Origin: Alphaproteobacteria bacterium UBA6376
GTDB lineage: Bacteria; Pseudomonadota; Alphaproteobacteria; Rs-D84
Reading direction: 5' to 3'
Assembly: GCA_002437665.1 (NCBI GenBank)
Contig: DJQW01000001.1
Coordinates: 297,492-361,491 of the forward strand
DNA length: 64,000 nt
Positions 15,493 to 26,145 of this stretch are shown piece by piece. The number at the start of each line of letters is the position of its first letter. Position 1 is the stretch's first letter. Below the pieces are notes generated by a model that saw only the letters and a list, made by a program, of their open reading frames with translations, made no database searches and was not told where the DNA came from. A program made the position numbers and the translations under genes.

Positions 15493-17380
15493 CCCGTCCC
15501 GATGGGTACAACATAATTCCGCCTTCGTGCAAAATTTTGTTCGCGCATTTTGGCGCATCAATATGAAAATACGACACAATATAATCAACACCGTCATCAT
15601 TGCACAGTGAAACAATATTGTTCATCAGTGGCACAAATTTCTGAATGTATACCAATGTGAATTTTTGCGCGCGATACGTGTAAACGCCGCCTGCGTGCAC
15701 ATAGCGTGGATTTGGTGTGTCTGCGTCCTCGCCATTTATTTGCTTCCACGTGTTAAATGCAAAGTAATGATTTGATGCGCGCGATTTATTGAATTTCAGT
15801 TTTCCATTTTCAACAAATCCAACCAATTCATGATCTGGCGTTGCATAGAATACGGGGCGTGGTGTGACAACAACAACTGTCGCGCCAATGATTGCAATTA
15901 TGGTTGCGGTTACGTAATTCATGCGCCGACGTACGCCGCGAATAAACATTAGCGCGCACCCAGCCACAATAAATATAATCAACGCGGCATTCGGCATATT
16001 GGGCATCGGTAAACTGGCATACGGTAAATCCGTAATTACATGCGCAATGCGCAGACCCGCATCATAAATCGTCGCCGCCAGTGCCAATGGCGCATGCCAC
16101 CCCAGCATCGCGGTAAACGTCCCCAAAATAACCAGTGGCATAATCGCAACCGAAAATATCGGCAACAGCACCAGATTGCCAACCAAACTGTACAGCGGAA
16201 ACGCCCCAAAGTGCGCAATTACAAACGGTGCGGTAAATACGGTTGCAACTATGGATGTCAGTGCCGCCGTGCATAAAACTTTCAGAATTTTATTTTCTGG
16301 CATTTTGGGCTTTATTACGCCCCAGAACCAAATCAGCCCAAATATCGCCGCGAATGATAATTGAAATCCGGCCTGCATAACATAGTGCGGATTTATTAAA
16401 ATGATAATCCACATTGCCACGCAAACGTTGCGCAGTGATATCGCGCTGCGTCCAAATACCACGGCGGCAAATATCAGCGTTGTCATCAGAAGCGCGCGCA
16501 TTGTCGCCACATCGCACCCCGACAGGAACAGATATAATATCAGCCCCATCCACGCGCAAATCGTTGCCGGCACCCGCGCGGGCACACGTCGCGTAATTGG
16601 CGCAATCAATCGAAATATGGAATAGAATAAAGCAAACAGCCACCCGCCAACCAATGTCATATGAAATCCACTGATTGACCATACGTGCCCAACGCCGGTC
16701 GATGTCCATATCGGACTGTCGTCGCGCGGAACGGCATTCTTGTACCCCAACACCAAACTGTCGACCAAGAACGAATTTGATTTATTATGAATCGCATCAC
16801 GCACAGTGTTCATATTGTGTGGCGGGTCATGCGATACAATTTCATAATCCTTGATATAGCCCGTTGCTGTCAAATGATTAAAGTATGCCCATCGGGCATA
16901 GTTAAACGCGCCATCGGCATACGGCGCATTTGGACGATACAGATTTACCACCGCGCGAACCGTGTCACCAATGTTTATCGTGCCCGCATCTGATATTGAT
17001 ACCCGTACGATGGGCGCGCCGGTGGTATCAATATACTTGCCATCGATCTGGATGCTCAGGCGGGTTTTGCTGTCGGTGTAATCTATGTTTTTAACCACGC
17101 CAATAATCGTTCGGTCGCGAATGTCACGCGTGATTTGCGGTGTTGCCAGAATGTGGGTGTACGCCGCCGCATACAGCGCGCCAAATGTAAATAACGCCGC
17201 CGCCCGTGCCACAATATGTTTGCGCAAAAACAATTCTGCGATAAATGCCGCGCACAGTGCCCCGATTACAAATTTGCTGGGTTCGGAATCCAACGAAAAA
17301 TACAACGCACAACCCATCGCCACCAAAAATGGCGTCCATAAAAATATGTTCTGGGATTGATTTTCAATAAACCGTTGCAT
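15446..17380 (-). CDS. comEC: ComEC/Rec2-family DNA internalisation channel protein
   Basis: Polytopic membrane protein with a ComEC competence-domain pattern. Start trimmed to the ATG at 17380 to avoid running into pyrG. Confidence 0.8.
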   Translation of the reverse strand: MQRFIENQSQNIFLWTPFLVAMGCALYFSLDSEPSKFVIGALCAAFIAELFLRKHIVARAAALFTFGALYAAAYTHILATPQITRDIRDRTIIGVVKNIDYTDSKTRLSIQIDGKYIDTTGAPIVRVSISDAGTINIGDTVRAVVNLYRPNAPYADGAFNYARWAYFNHLTATGYIKDYEIVSHDPPHNMNTVRDAIHNKSNSFLVDSLVLGYKNAVPRDDSPIWTSTGVGHVWSISGFHMTLVGGWLFALFYSIFRLIAPITRRVPARVPATICAWMGLILYLFLSGCDVATMRALLMTTLIFAAVVFGRSAISLRNVCVAMWIIILINPHYVMQAGFQLSFAAIFGLIWFWGVIKPKMPENKILKVLCTAALTSIVATVFTAPFVIAHFGAFPLYSLVGNLVLLPIFSVAIMPLVILGTFTAMLGWHAPLALAATIYDAGLRIAHVITDLPYASLPMPNMPNAALIIFIVAGCALMFIRGVRRRMNYVTATIIAIIGATVVVVTPRPVFYATPDHELVGFVENGKLKFNKSRASNHYFAFNTWKQINGEDADTPNPRYVHAGGVYTYRAQKFTLVYIQKFVPLMNNIVSLCNDDGVDYIVSYFHIDAPKCANKILHEGGIMLYPSGRVKYLNAMRPWNNPQR

Positions 17381-17459
17381 AACCAAATTATAGGAATTTA
17401 TTTCGTTGCGTCGCAATGATAAATTTCGTATGATAAAAGCCCATAAGGGGGCAAATCTT

Positions 17460-19031
17460 ATGGCGAAATATATATTCATCACCGGTGGTGTTGTATCCAG
17501 TTTAGGCAAGGGCGTCGCAGCGGCAGGTTGCGGCGCTCTTCTTCAATCGCGCGGGTATTCCGTGCATGCACGCAAATTTGATCCGTATCTGAATGTTGAC
17601 CCAGGGACTATGTCGCCGTTCCAGCATGGCGAAGTGTACGTCACCCACGACGGATTCGAAACAGATTTGGATTTGGGTTATTACGAACGATTCTTGGGCG
17701 TGCAACTGTCGCGCAATGATTCTGTGTCGGGTGGCCGTATTTATTGGGACGTGCTGAATGCCGAACGTCGTGGTGACTATTTGGGCGCAACGGTGCAAAT
17801 GATTCCGCACGTCAGTAATCGAATCAAAGAATACATTGCCGCCCCAACAGACACTGATTTTGTCGTATGCGAAATTGGTGGCACGGTCGGCGATATAGAG
17901 GGAAAAATATTCTTGGAATCCATTCGCCAGTTTGCAAATGATGTCGGTCGCCGCAATGTTATGTTTGTGCACCTGACACTGGCCCCGTATTTGGAACAGA
18001 GTGGTGAATTAAAAACCAAGCCAACCCAGATGTCTGTACGCCGCCTGTTGGAAAACGGGATTCAGGCGGACATGCTGATTGTGCGCACGCCGCGTATGTT
18101 GACCGCAGACGAACGCGCAAAAATCGGTATGTTCTGTAATATGCCGGCCAAAAATGTAATCAGTGGTATTGATGTTGATAATATTTACAAGATTCCATTG
18201 GCATACGATGCCCAGAATGTCTTTGACATAATTGCTGAACATTTCGGTTTGGAAAATCGTGCCGGCGATATGACGAAATTTGAACGCATATCAAATTATC
18301 TGGCGGCGGATTTGCCAACCGTGCGAATTGGCATTGTTGGTAAATATTTTGATGTGCCCGATGCATATAAATCATTGAATGCCGCATTGTTCCACGCGGG
18401 GATTCAGAATAATGTACACGTCGCATTAAAGAAAATAAATGCCGAAACATTTTCTCCATCCGATTGCGCGGACGTTGATGGCGTCCTTGTCCCTGGGGGA
18501 TTTGGTGCGCGCGGGGTTGACGGTAAAATCGCCGCCGCACATTATGCCAGAACAACGGGCACGCCATACATGGGAATCTGTCTGGGGATGCAGGTCGCGG
18601 TAATTGAATTTGCGCGCAACGTGCTGGGGATTAAAAATGCCAATTCCACAGAATTTGATGCGAATTGCACGCCCGTCATAAATATTATGCCAGACCACAC
18701 CGGCGACATGGGCGGAACATTGCGTCTGGGCGCATACCCGTGCATGATTACGCCAAATACACGCGTCGCCGAAATCTATGGCACGAATAAAATATCAGAA
18801 CGTCATCGTCACCGCTATGAAATGGACATATCGCGTGAAAAACAATTTGCCGATGCGGGTATGGTTATCTCTGGGCGCAGTCCGGACGGCCGCCTGCCTG
18901 AAATTGTGGAATTGCCAAATCATCCATTCTTTGTCGCGGGGCAATTCCATCCGGAATTTCAGTCCAGTCCATTTACCGGCCACCCAATGTTTAACGCATT
19001 CGTGGCCGCCGCCCAGAAATGTAAAAAATAA
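17460..19031 (+). CDS. pyrG: CTP synthase
   Basis: MAKYIFITGGVVSSLGKG N-terminus. GATase domain GICLGMQ...HRHRYE. Confidence 0.96.
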   Translation: MAKYIFITGGVVSSLGKGVAAAGCGALLQSRGYSVHARKFDPYLNVDPGTMSPFQHGEVYVTHDGFETDLDLGYYERFLGVQLSRNDSVSGGRIYWDVLNAERRGDYLGATVQMIPHVSNRIKEYIAAPTDTDFVVCEIGGTVGDIEGKIFLESIRQFANDVGRRNVMFVHLTLAPYLEQSGELKTKPTQMSVRRLLENGIQADMLIVRTPRMLTADERAKIGMFCNMPAKNVISGIDVDNIYKIPLAYDAQNVFDIIAEHFGLENRAGDMTKFERISNYLAADLPTVRIGIVGKYFDVPDAYKSLNAALFHAGIQNNVHVALKKINAETFSPSDCADVDGVLVPGGFGARGVDGKIAAAHYARTTGTPYMGICLGMQVAVIEFARNVLGIKNANSTEFDANCTPVINIMPDHTGDMGGTLRLGAYPCMITPNTRVAEIYGTNKISERHRHRYEMDISREKQFADAGMVISGRSPDGRLPEIVELPNHPFFVAGQFHPEFQSSPFTGHPMFNAFVAAAQKCKK

Positions 19032-19032
19032 G

Positions 19033-19058
19033 AAATCCCCCATTCAGGGGGATTTTTA
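19033..19058. terminator. Bidirectional terminator (atccccc-attca-gggggat)
   Basis: Hairpin with flanking A and T runs between the convergent pyrG and RNHCP genes. Confidence 0.7.
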
Positions 19059-19373
19059 TGTACCGAAAATAAAACTGTTATCTGCACTCAATCGTATTAT
19101 TTCGTCCATGCTGTCATCATCGGTCGTATGCTGGCGTATTGTCTTGCCACATTTTTCGCACCGGTGCGTAATTACAAATCGTGCGCCGTCGGGTTGCACC
19201 GATATCGGTCGCATCATCCCGCCACAGGTTGCCGCGCGATCGCCCGGGGTGTTGTCCACATGGCGCGACCACAAACATGCGGGGCAATGATTTGTATAAC
19301 CATTGCCCCGAACATGCGCGCCACAGTGGGCGCATACAAAATCTTCAACCGTTTTGGTAAAGCGTTTCATCAC
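19056..19373 (-). CDS. RNHCP domain-containing zinc-ribbon protein
   Basis: FVCAHCG...GYTNHCPACLWSRHVD...RCEKCG. Confidence 0.7.
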   Translation of the reverse strand: MMKRFTKTVEDFVCAHCGAHVRGNGYTNHCPACLWSRHVDNTPGDRAATCGGMMRPISVQPDGARFVITHRCEKCGKTIRQHTTDDDSMDEIIRLSADNSFIFGT

Positions 19374-19618
19374 AATCCCAACGCGCTGCGGTACATTTGG
19401 GTCAATTCGTCCGCTTCGTCCAATTCATCTGGGTCAAGTTTGCGCAGACGTATCATCTGGCGAATATATTTCGGATCGAATCCGGCGGATTTCGCCTCGC
19501 TAAAAATCTCTTTGATATCAGCCGCGATTGCTGCGGAATCTTCGTTTAATTTTTCGATACGTTGAATAATGCTCAGCAACTGCTGGTTATCAATCGCCCC
19601 GTGATTTGCGTTTTTCAT
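19370..19618 (-). CDS. gapR: GapR-like nucleoid-associated protein (DUF2312)
   Basis: LLSIIQRIEKLNEDSAAIAADIKEIFSEAKSAGFDPKYIRQMIRLRK is typical of DUF2312. 4-nt overlap with the downstream gene. Confidence 0.8.
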   Translation of the reverse strand: MKNANHGAIDNQQLLSIIQRIEKLNEDSAAIAADIKEIFSEAKSAGFDPKYIRQMIRLRKLDPDELDEADELTQMYRSALGL

Positions 19619-19710
19619 GCTTGTTTTCCCCTTGTCTCTTTATAGTTTTTATGATATAGCATAATTCGTAAAAATCAAGAAAAACGAAAGAAAACAAAAA
19701 GCGGAAAAAT

Positions 19711-21081
19711 ATGAATAAATTTACAAAAATTACAGCATCAATCGGCCCAAAGTGTGAGGATGCTGAAACACTGCGCCGTATGTTCTTGGCGGGTGTGAAC
19801 GTTTGCCGTATCAATTTCAGTCATGATACCGGCGATGTTCAGGGTGAAAAAATCGATTTAATTCGTCGCACGGCACGGGCGGCCGGCGTTCAGGTTGCGG
19901 TCTTGGTTGACTTGCAGGGGCCAAAACATCGTATCGGCAACTTTGCCACCGAAGATAAATATCCATTGAAAATTGGCCAAACATTTACATTTGATAATGA
20001 TCCGACCCCTGGGAACAGTACCCGTGTTCAATTACCACACGATGACGTGATGAAATCATTGAATGTTGGCGACAGAATCTTGTTAAACGATGGCAAAATT
20101 GAAATGCGTGTAACGGGCGTTGAAACCGGTAAAATCATCGCAACGGTTGTGCGTGGTGACGAAATCTGGTCACGTCGCGGATTTAATTTGCCGGACACCG
20201 ATGTTGCAACATCTGTCTTGACGCCCAAGGACAAGAATGATTTGGAATACGCAATTACCAAGAATCCTGATTGGGTTGCAATATCGTTTGTCCAACGTCC
20301 CGAAGACGTGGCAGAGGTTCGCGATTTCATCACCGCGCGTACATCGCACCCGATAAAGATTATTGCAAAAATTGAACGTCCAAACGCGGTTGACCGCATT
20401 GCGGAAATTGCATCGGTCGCCGATGGCATTATGATTGCACGTGGCGATTTGGCGGTCGAAGTGCCATTTGAAACCGTACCTGCGATTTCGCGCCATATCA
20501 TTCGCACATGTCGCACATTGAATCGTCCGGTTATTATGGCAACACAAATGTTGGGTACAATGGTGAACAGTGAATTTCCAACCCGTGCCGAAATCAGCGA
20601 CGTTGCCAATGCGGCATACCTGCGCGCGGATTCAACCATGACATCCGAAGAAACGACAATCGGCATCAATCCGGTTGGTGTAATTGAAACAATGGCCAAG
20701 ATTGTGACATATGCGGACTATGATGCGATTGCAAATTCGTATGACTGGTCACGCATTGAAAATGTTCCTGAAAACGATTGGTCGCGATCGGTCGCGTCAA
20801 TGGCGTATTTGAATCGCGCATCGGCAATCGTTGTGTTTGCGTGCGATACCGTCGCCACAACCCAGATTTCTTGCCGCAAGCCCGACATTCCAATCATCGC
20901 CGTATGCCGCGAAGATGTAATTGCAAACCAATTATGCCTGTCACGTGGGGTATGCCCAATCTGTGACGAGGTATTGTTTGGCCAGCGTGATGCGTTTAAC
21001 GCCGCACGTGGATTTGGCATAACATCGGGGCATCTGGTTATCGTTGATGGCGATAAAATCAGTTTGCGCACATTGGATTAA
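19711..21081 (+). CDS. pyk: Pyruvate kinase
   Basis: TKITASIGP, NFSHD and MIARGDLAVEVP motifs. Confidence 0.92.
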   Translation: MNKFTKITASIGPKCEDAETLRRMFLAGVNVCRINFSHDTGDVQGEKIDLIRRTARAAGVQVAVLVDLQGPKHRIGNFATEDKYPLKIGQTFTFDNDPTPGNSTRVQLPHDDVMKSLNVGDRILLNDGKIEMRVTGVETGKIIATVVRGDEIWSRRGFNLPDTDVATSVLTPKDKNDLEYAITKNPDWVAISFVQRPEDVAEVRDFITARTSHPIKIIAKIERPNAVDRIAEIASVADGIMIARGDLAVEVPFETVPAISRHIIRTCRTLNRPVIMATQMLGTMVNSEFPTRAEISDVANAAYLRADSTMTSEETTIGINPVGVIETMAKIVTYADYDAIANSYDWSRIENVPENDWSRSVASMAYLNRASAIVVFACDTVATTQISCRKPDIPIIAVCREDVIANQLCLSRGVCPICDEVLFGQRDAFNAARGFGITSGHLVIVDGDKISLRTLD

Positions 21082-21083
21082 AA

Positions 21084-21107
21084 AACGCCCGTTTGGGCGT
21101 TTTTTTA
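21084..21107 (+). terminator. Rho-independent terminator after pyk
   Basis: aacgccc-gttt-gggcgtt followed by T7. Confidence 0.75.
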
Positions 21108-21156
21108 TGCTTATTATTGTTGACCTGTACCTGCGATTTTTACTAACATTCATGTT

Positions 21157-22329
21157 ATGAGAAGAATGGCACTATCCATATTTTTCATGTGCATAATGAT
21201 GTGTGACGCATCCCATGCGGCACAGTATCGTGCGGCATTGGTTGCGAATATGGACACGGGTCAGGTTTTAATTCGTGAAAACGCGAACCAGCCGAATTAC
21301 CCCGCATCATTGACCAAGATTATGACGGTATATTTAACGTTTGATGCGCTGGAACACGGTCGTCTGCATTTGGATGATTATCTGATTGTGTCGAATTATG
21401 CGGCGGCGGCATCCCCTGTGAAATTGGGCCTGACTGCGGGCAGCAAGATTACCGTCGAAGATGCGATAAAGGCCGTAACGGTAATGAGTGCGAACGACGT
21501 CGCCCGCGTATTGGCCGAAAATTTGAAGGGCGGCAAAGAAGGTAATTTTGCCGACATGATGACGCGTGTCGCAAATGAAATCGGTCTGAAAAATACGAAT
21601 TTTGAAAACTCGTCCGGCCTGCCAAATGATGACCATATGTCAACCGCGCGCGATATTGCACTGTTGTCCATGGCGGTATATAAACATTTCCCGCAATATT
21701 GGAAATACTTTGGAATCAAGACATGGACATACAACGGCAAAACATATACAAATGGTAATCGATTGCTGGGCACATATGCGGGCTGTGATGGTATGAAAAC
21801 CGGATTTACGAATAAATCGCGCTATTCATTGGTGGCGACGGCAAATCGTGGCGGTACGCATTTGATGGCTGTCGTCTTGGGCGCAGAAAACAAGGATGTC
21901 CGTGCCGCGGTTGCAACGCAACTGTTAAACCGTGGTTTTGAAATGACCAAAAATAATTCCGCGCCGATTGAACGTACAACGCCTGTACAACCGATCGCCA
22001 CGGCGCAGCCGACATATTCTGCACCGACCGCCGCCGCACCAACATTTACGGCGGCATACAACGCGGCAACGGCAAACGCCGCCCCCACATACAACGCGCC
22101 ATCGGTCGCGCGGGGTGGGGCGGGTGTTCAGTTTGGTGCGTTTTCATCACGCGATGCCGCCGCGCAACAGGTTACAAATGTTAAAAATAAACTGGGCGTT
22201 GTTGCCACGATTGAACAGGCGTCAAACGGCATGTTCCGTGTGCGCGCAAATGGCATCACGGACGCCGCTGCAACCGAATTGCGCAATCGCGCAACAAACG
22301 CGGGCATTGACAGTTACGTATTTCATTGA
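21157..22329 (+). CDS. D-alanyl-D-alanine carboxypeptidase (S11, PBP5-like) with C-terminal SPOR domain
   Basis: Motifs SLTK (SxxK), SGL and KTG. C-terminal VQFGAFSSRDAAAQ...FRVRANGI... is a SPOR pattern. Confidence 0.85.
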   Translation: MRRMALSIFFMCIMMCDASHAAQYRAALVANMDTGQVLIRENANQPNYPASLTKIMTVYLTFDALEHGRLHLDDYLIVSNYAAAASPVKLGLTAGSKITVEDAIKAVTVMSANDVARVLAENLKGGKEGNFADMMTRVANEIGLKNTNFENSSGLPNDDHMSTARDIALLSMAVYKHFPQYWKYFGIKTWTYNGKTYTNGNRLLGTYAGCDGMKTGFTNKSRYSLVATANRGGTHLMAVVLGAENKDVRAAVATQLLNRGFEMTKNNSAPIERTTPVQPIATAQPTYSAPTAAAPTFTAAYNAATANAAPTYNAPSVARGGAGVQFGAFSSRDAAAQQVTNVKNKLGVVATIEQASNGMFRVRANGITDAAATELRNRATNAGIDSYVFH

Positions 22330-22347
22330 TTAAATTGGTCGGGTATC

Positions 22348-22947
22348 ATGAATCAGAAAATTGAAAAGTTGATTAAACAGTTCGCGCGTTTGCCACGTGT
22401 TGGTGCACGTGGTGGCCAGCGTATTGCGTTGGCACTGTTACAGGACAAAACCGGTCGTGCAGAAATGTTGGCGGCGGCAATTCGTGACGCGGTGGAAAAC
22501 ATCGCGCCGTGCCCAAATTGTGGTGTGTTGACCGACCGTGGCGCGGGCAAGTGCGAATATTGCCGCGACGCATCGCGCGCAAATGGTGCACTGTGCTTGG
22601 TGCGTGATTTGTCAGACGTTTGGACACTTGAAAAATCTGCGGTGTTTCATGGCCGCTATCACATAATTGGTGGATTGCTGTCGGGTGCAAACGGTACAAC
22701 ACCGGATGATTTGAATATTGCAAATCTGCCCGCGCGCATTCGCGATGAAAATATAACCGAAATTATTTTCGCATTGCCTAATACGGTCGAGGGGAAAACA
22801 ACCCAACACTATGTCATGTCTGTTTTGACAGACGTATCAAACGTACAATTCACAGAATTGGCGTCGGGCGTGCCATTGGGCGGTGATTTGGATTACTTGG
22901 ATGACGGCACATTGTCGTTGGCGTTCGGGGGGCGCAAGGCGATATGA
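22348..22947 (+). CDS. recR: Recombination protein RecR
   Basis: HhH N-terminus, CPNCG...CEYC zinc finger, Toprim region. Confidence 0.92.
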   Translation: MNQKIEKLIKQFARLPRVGARGGQRIALALLQDKTGRAEMLAAAIRDAVENIAPCPNCGVLTDRGAGKCEYCRDASRANGALCLVRDLSDVWTLEKSAVFHGRYHIIGGLLSGANGTTPDDLNIANLPARIRDENITEIIFALPNTVEGKTTQHYVMSVLTDVSNVQFTELASGVPLGGDLDYLDDGTLSLAFGGRKAI

Positions 22948-23765
22948 TGACTGTTGAAAATTTGCCACCTGTGGCCGAAATGATGCGTGCGGCGGGCCTT
23001 GAACCTAAAAAGCAATTTGGCCAGAATTTTTTATTTGATTTGAATTTGACGGGACGTATCGCACGCAGTGTGCCCGATATCAAAAATACCGACGTTATGG
23101 AAATTGGCCCAGGGCCGGCTGGATTGACGCGCGCATTGCTGATGGCGGGGGCGCGTCGTGTTGTCGCGATTGAGAAAGATACCGCAACCAAACCAATCCT
23201 TGATGAAATTGTTGCGGTGGCGGCTGGCCGTTTGACGGTCGTGTATGGTGATGCATTGCGTGTTGATACGTCGCATTTGGGATTGGGTGAATATGCGATA
23301 TGCGCAAACCTGCCGTATAATGTTGGAACGGAATTATTTACGCGTTGGCTGATTGCGGCGGCATCAGGTGCGCCGATAAAATCCATGACATTGATGTTCC
23401 AGCGCGAGGTGGCCCAGCGTATCACCGCCCGCACGGGCGATGCGCAGTATGGACGTTTGGCGGTGTTGACATCACTGGTGGCGGATGCGCGTATATTGTT
23501 TGATGTTCCAAATACCGCGTTTGTTCCGCGTCCACGTGTGCAGTCGGCGGTTGTGTCGGTTATTCCAAATGCGGACAAAATCCGCGCGGTTGGCGATATA
23601 AAGAAACTGGAACAAATCACGGCGAAATTATTTGGCCAGCGTCGCAAGATGATACGTGGCATCATACCAAACGTTGATTGGGCGCGATATGATTTAACCG
23701 GTACAGAACGCGCCGAAGAATTATCGCCCGAAAAATTTTTACAACTGGCCCACGATTTGATATAA
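22944..23765 (+). CDS. rsmA: 16S rRNA (adenine1518/1519-N6)-dimethyltransferase
   Basis: KKQFGQNFL and MEIGPGPAGLT SAM motifs. ATGA overlap with recR. Confidence 0.92.
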   Translation: MMTVENLPPVAEMMRAAGLEPKKQFGQNFLFDLNLTGRIARSVPDIKNTDVMEIGPGPAGLTRALLMAGARRVVAIEKDTATKPILDEIVAVAAGRLTVVYGDALRVDTSHLGLGEYAICANLPYNVGTELFTRWLIAAASGAPIKSMTLMFQREVAQRITARTGDAQYGRLAVLTSLVADARILFDVPNTAFVPRPRVQSAVVSVIPNADKIRAVGDIKKLEQITAKLFGQRRKMIRGIIPNVDWARYDLTGTERAEELSPEKFLQLAHDLI

Positions 23766-23795
23766 TTTACGTGAGGATAGAGGAGAGAGAATAAC

Positions 23796-25502
23796 ATGAC
23801 AATGTCCCTGACATTATTGGCGTTTGTTGCGGTGGTTTTTGCGCTGGTATCATTCCTGCGCGTGGCGCGTATTGGCGCACTGGTTGCATTTTTATTTGCG
23901 GGCGTGCTGTCCGGCCCATATGTTTTTAATCTGTTTCATTTAACAGAAACGTGGACGCTGTTGGGCGATTTGGGCATTATGTTTTTGTGGTTCACGATGG
24001 GACTGAACATCAATATGAAACGCCTGTGGACATTGCGCCATTCGATTTTTGGTTTTGGCGCGGCCCAGGTTTTGATGGTTGCAACAATGCTGTTCCCATT
24101 GCTGTTTGGTCTGACCGGTTGGTCAATAATCGGTTGCGTAATGGTGGCATTGATGCTGTCGATGTCCAGCACATCCGAAGATATGCAGATGCTGGCGGAT
24201 CGTAACCAGATAAACACCGATATGGGTCGCCAGACATTTTCGATTTTACTGTTCCAAGATTTACTGGCGATTCCATTGCTGGCCATGATGCCGGTGCTGG
24301 CGGGGCGAACGTTTAACTTTGGCGCGGCGGCGATTGACGTATTTGTATGGTCGGTTGCGCTGGTGCTGGGCGTGGTAATTGTCGGCCGATTTGTGCTGAA
24401 TCCATTGATGCGATTGGTTTCGCGTCTAAAATCCAAAGAGGCATTCTTGCTGGCCATCATGTTGAACATTGTCGCATGGGCGGCGGTTGCAAATGCGGCG
24501 GGCGTGCCGGCGGGATTGGGCGCGTTCTTGGCGGGTATGTTGCTGTCTGAAACAATTTACAGTCATCAGGTCAGTGCGGAAATCAGCCCGTACGCAATGT
24601 TGTTCTTGGCATTCTTTTTCATTTCATTGGGTATGGGATTGAATTTGCCAGTACTGGGGCAATATTGGTATGTTGTTCTGTTTGGTGTAATTGGTTTGAT
24701 TGCGGCAAAATTTGTTGCGATATTTATGGTCGCGCGCGTCCGCCACGTGAATGTCCCAGATGCTGCAATGATTGCATTGGTTTTATCACAGGCGGGCGAA
24801 TTTGGTCTGTTGATGTTACAGACCATGCGCACATCGGGCATTGATGCATTGCCGCCGATACATCAGGAAATCTTGACCGCGATTATCATACTGTCCATCA
24901 TGATGACACCATTATTGATGATGGTATATGATTGGTTAAAGCGTTCGGGCCGTTTGTTTTCGCAATCTATTGCCCAAGGGGTGATGGGCCGTCCCGCGCA
25001 AGTGCCATCGGTAATCATTTGTGGTTTTGGTCGTGTGGGCCAAATCGTCGCACAAATGTTAGACGCCCAGAATATTCCATACGTCGCGATTGATATGGAC
25101 GTCGATACGGTGCTGTTGGGGCGCGAACACGGGTTTAACGTTGTCTATGGTAATTCCACCAATGCGGACGTCTTGCGCGATATGGGCCTGCAACCACGTA
25201 AAACGCGTGCGGTTGTAATTGCACTGGACAACGCGGCAACGGCGCACGACGCGGCAATCACGGTGCGTGAAATTGCGCCACGTGTGAAAATCTTTGCCCG
25301 CGCGCGTAACCTGACGGAATCCAAGTTACTGATGGCGGACGGTGCAAACGTCGCATTGCCTGAAACGATTGAAAGTTCATTGTTCTTGGGCTATGGCGTG
25401 TTGGAACATTTGGGCGTGTCTGAACGCAGTGTGGCGGGCCTGTTGGCGCGAATGCGGGCGGACAATTACAGCAGTGTTGCCGAACCCGTATCAGATAAAT
25501 AA
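23796..25502 (+). CDS. CPA2-family monovalent cation:proton antiporter with C-terminal RCK/TrkA-N domain (KefB-like)
   Basis: Polytopic N-terminal domain, then the Rossmann motif VIICGFGRVGQIV. Confidence 0.85.
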   Translation: MTMSLTLLAFVAVVFALVSFLRVARIGALVAFLFAGVLSGPYVFNLFHLTETWTLLGDLGIMFLWFTMGLNINMKRLWTLRHSIFGFGAAQVLMVATMLFPLLFGLTGWSIIGCVMVALMLSMSSTSEDMQMLADRNQINTDMGRQTFSILLFQDLLAIPLLAMMPVLAGRTFNFGAAAIDVFVWSVALVLGVVIVGRFVLNPLMRLVSRLKSKEAFLLAIMLNIVAWAAVANAAGVPAGLGAFLAGMLLSETIYSHQVSAEISPYAMLFLAFFFISLGMGLNLPVLGQYWYVVLFGVIGLIAAKFVAIFMVARVRHVNVPDAAMIALVLSQAGEFGLLMLQTMRTSGIDALPPIHQEILTAIIILSIMMTPLLMMVYDWLKRSGRLFSQSIAQGVMGRPAQVPSVIICGFGRVGQIVAQMLDAQNIPYVAIDMDVDTVLLGREHGFNVVYGNSTNADVLRDMGLQPRKTRAVVIALDNAATAHDAAITVREIAPRVKIFARARNLTESKLLMADGANVALPETIESSLFLGYGVLEHLGVSERSVAGLLARMRADNYSSVAEPVSDK

Positions 25503-25597
25503 TATTGAATTAAATGTCCCCCGCGCAGGGACATTTATATTTGCAATTATGCGCCCCGCTTGGTATATTTTACCTGAATATATGGGAAAGGGGTAAA

Positions 25598-26143
25598 ATG
25601 AAAAAGAAACTGTTGGTTTATGTTCCAATCATTCTGGCAATTATCTTGGCCGATATGCTGACCAAGGGGGCATTGCTGTACGCAATAACGGGCACTGTGC
25701 CGGTGTATGGTGCGGCGTGGGAAATTGTTCCTGTGCCGTATTTGATGTGGCACGTGTTTGATTGGTTTAATATTGTATTCACGTGGAATCCGGGCGCATC
25801 GTTTTCAATGTTGCGCAGTGTCGGCGAATTTGCGCCAATTCTGATTGTTATCGCAACGGGATTTATTATCGGATTTATCGGGTACTATTTATTCATGCGT
25901 GCAGAAAAATATGAACGCATGCCATTGGCACTGATTATGGGCGGTGCGATTGGTAATTTGATTGACCGCGTGCGCTTTGGTGCGGTGGTGGATTTCTTGG
26001 ACTTTCATATTGGTGGGGCGCATTGGCCGGCATTTAACGTGGCGGACATTTGTATTTGCGTTGGTGTCGCACTATATATATTGAACTGGTACATGGCGCG
26101 TCGTCGTTGTTTGGCGTCGGTCAGAACGAAAAAGGTAAAATAA
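25598..26143 (+). CDS. lspA: Lipoprotein signal peptidase II
   Basis: WNPGASFS and FNVADICI motifs. Start trimmed to the ATG at 25598. Confidence 0.9.
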   Translation: MKKKLLVYVPIILAIILADMLTKGALLYAITGTVPVYGAAWEIVPVPYLMWHVFDWFNIVFTWNPGASFSMLRSVGEFAPILIVIATGFIIGFIGYYLFMRAEKYERMPLALIMGGAIGNLIDRVRFGAVVDFLDFHIGGAHWPAFNVADICICVGVALYILNWYMARRRCLASVRTKKVK

Positions 26144-26145
26144 CA

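Noticed and set aside
17406-17459. N-terminal extensions in track ORFs (pyrG 17406, lspA 25514, yidC 26050, rplK 35086, nusG 34474, rpoB 37589, rpoC 41803, plsX 46639, mraZ to 48795, comEC to 17509, olsA 57685).
   Set aside because: The internal ATGs have proper SD spacing and conserved N-termini that match the families. The extensions overlap neighbouring genes or intergenic signals.
19128-19565. 145-aa plus-strand ORF.
   Set aside because: It is antisense to the RNHCP and GapR-like genes, both of which have recognisable family motifs.
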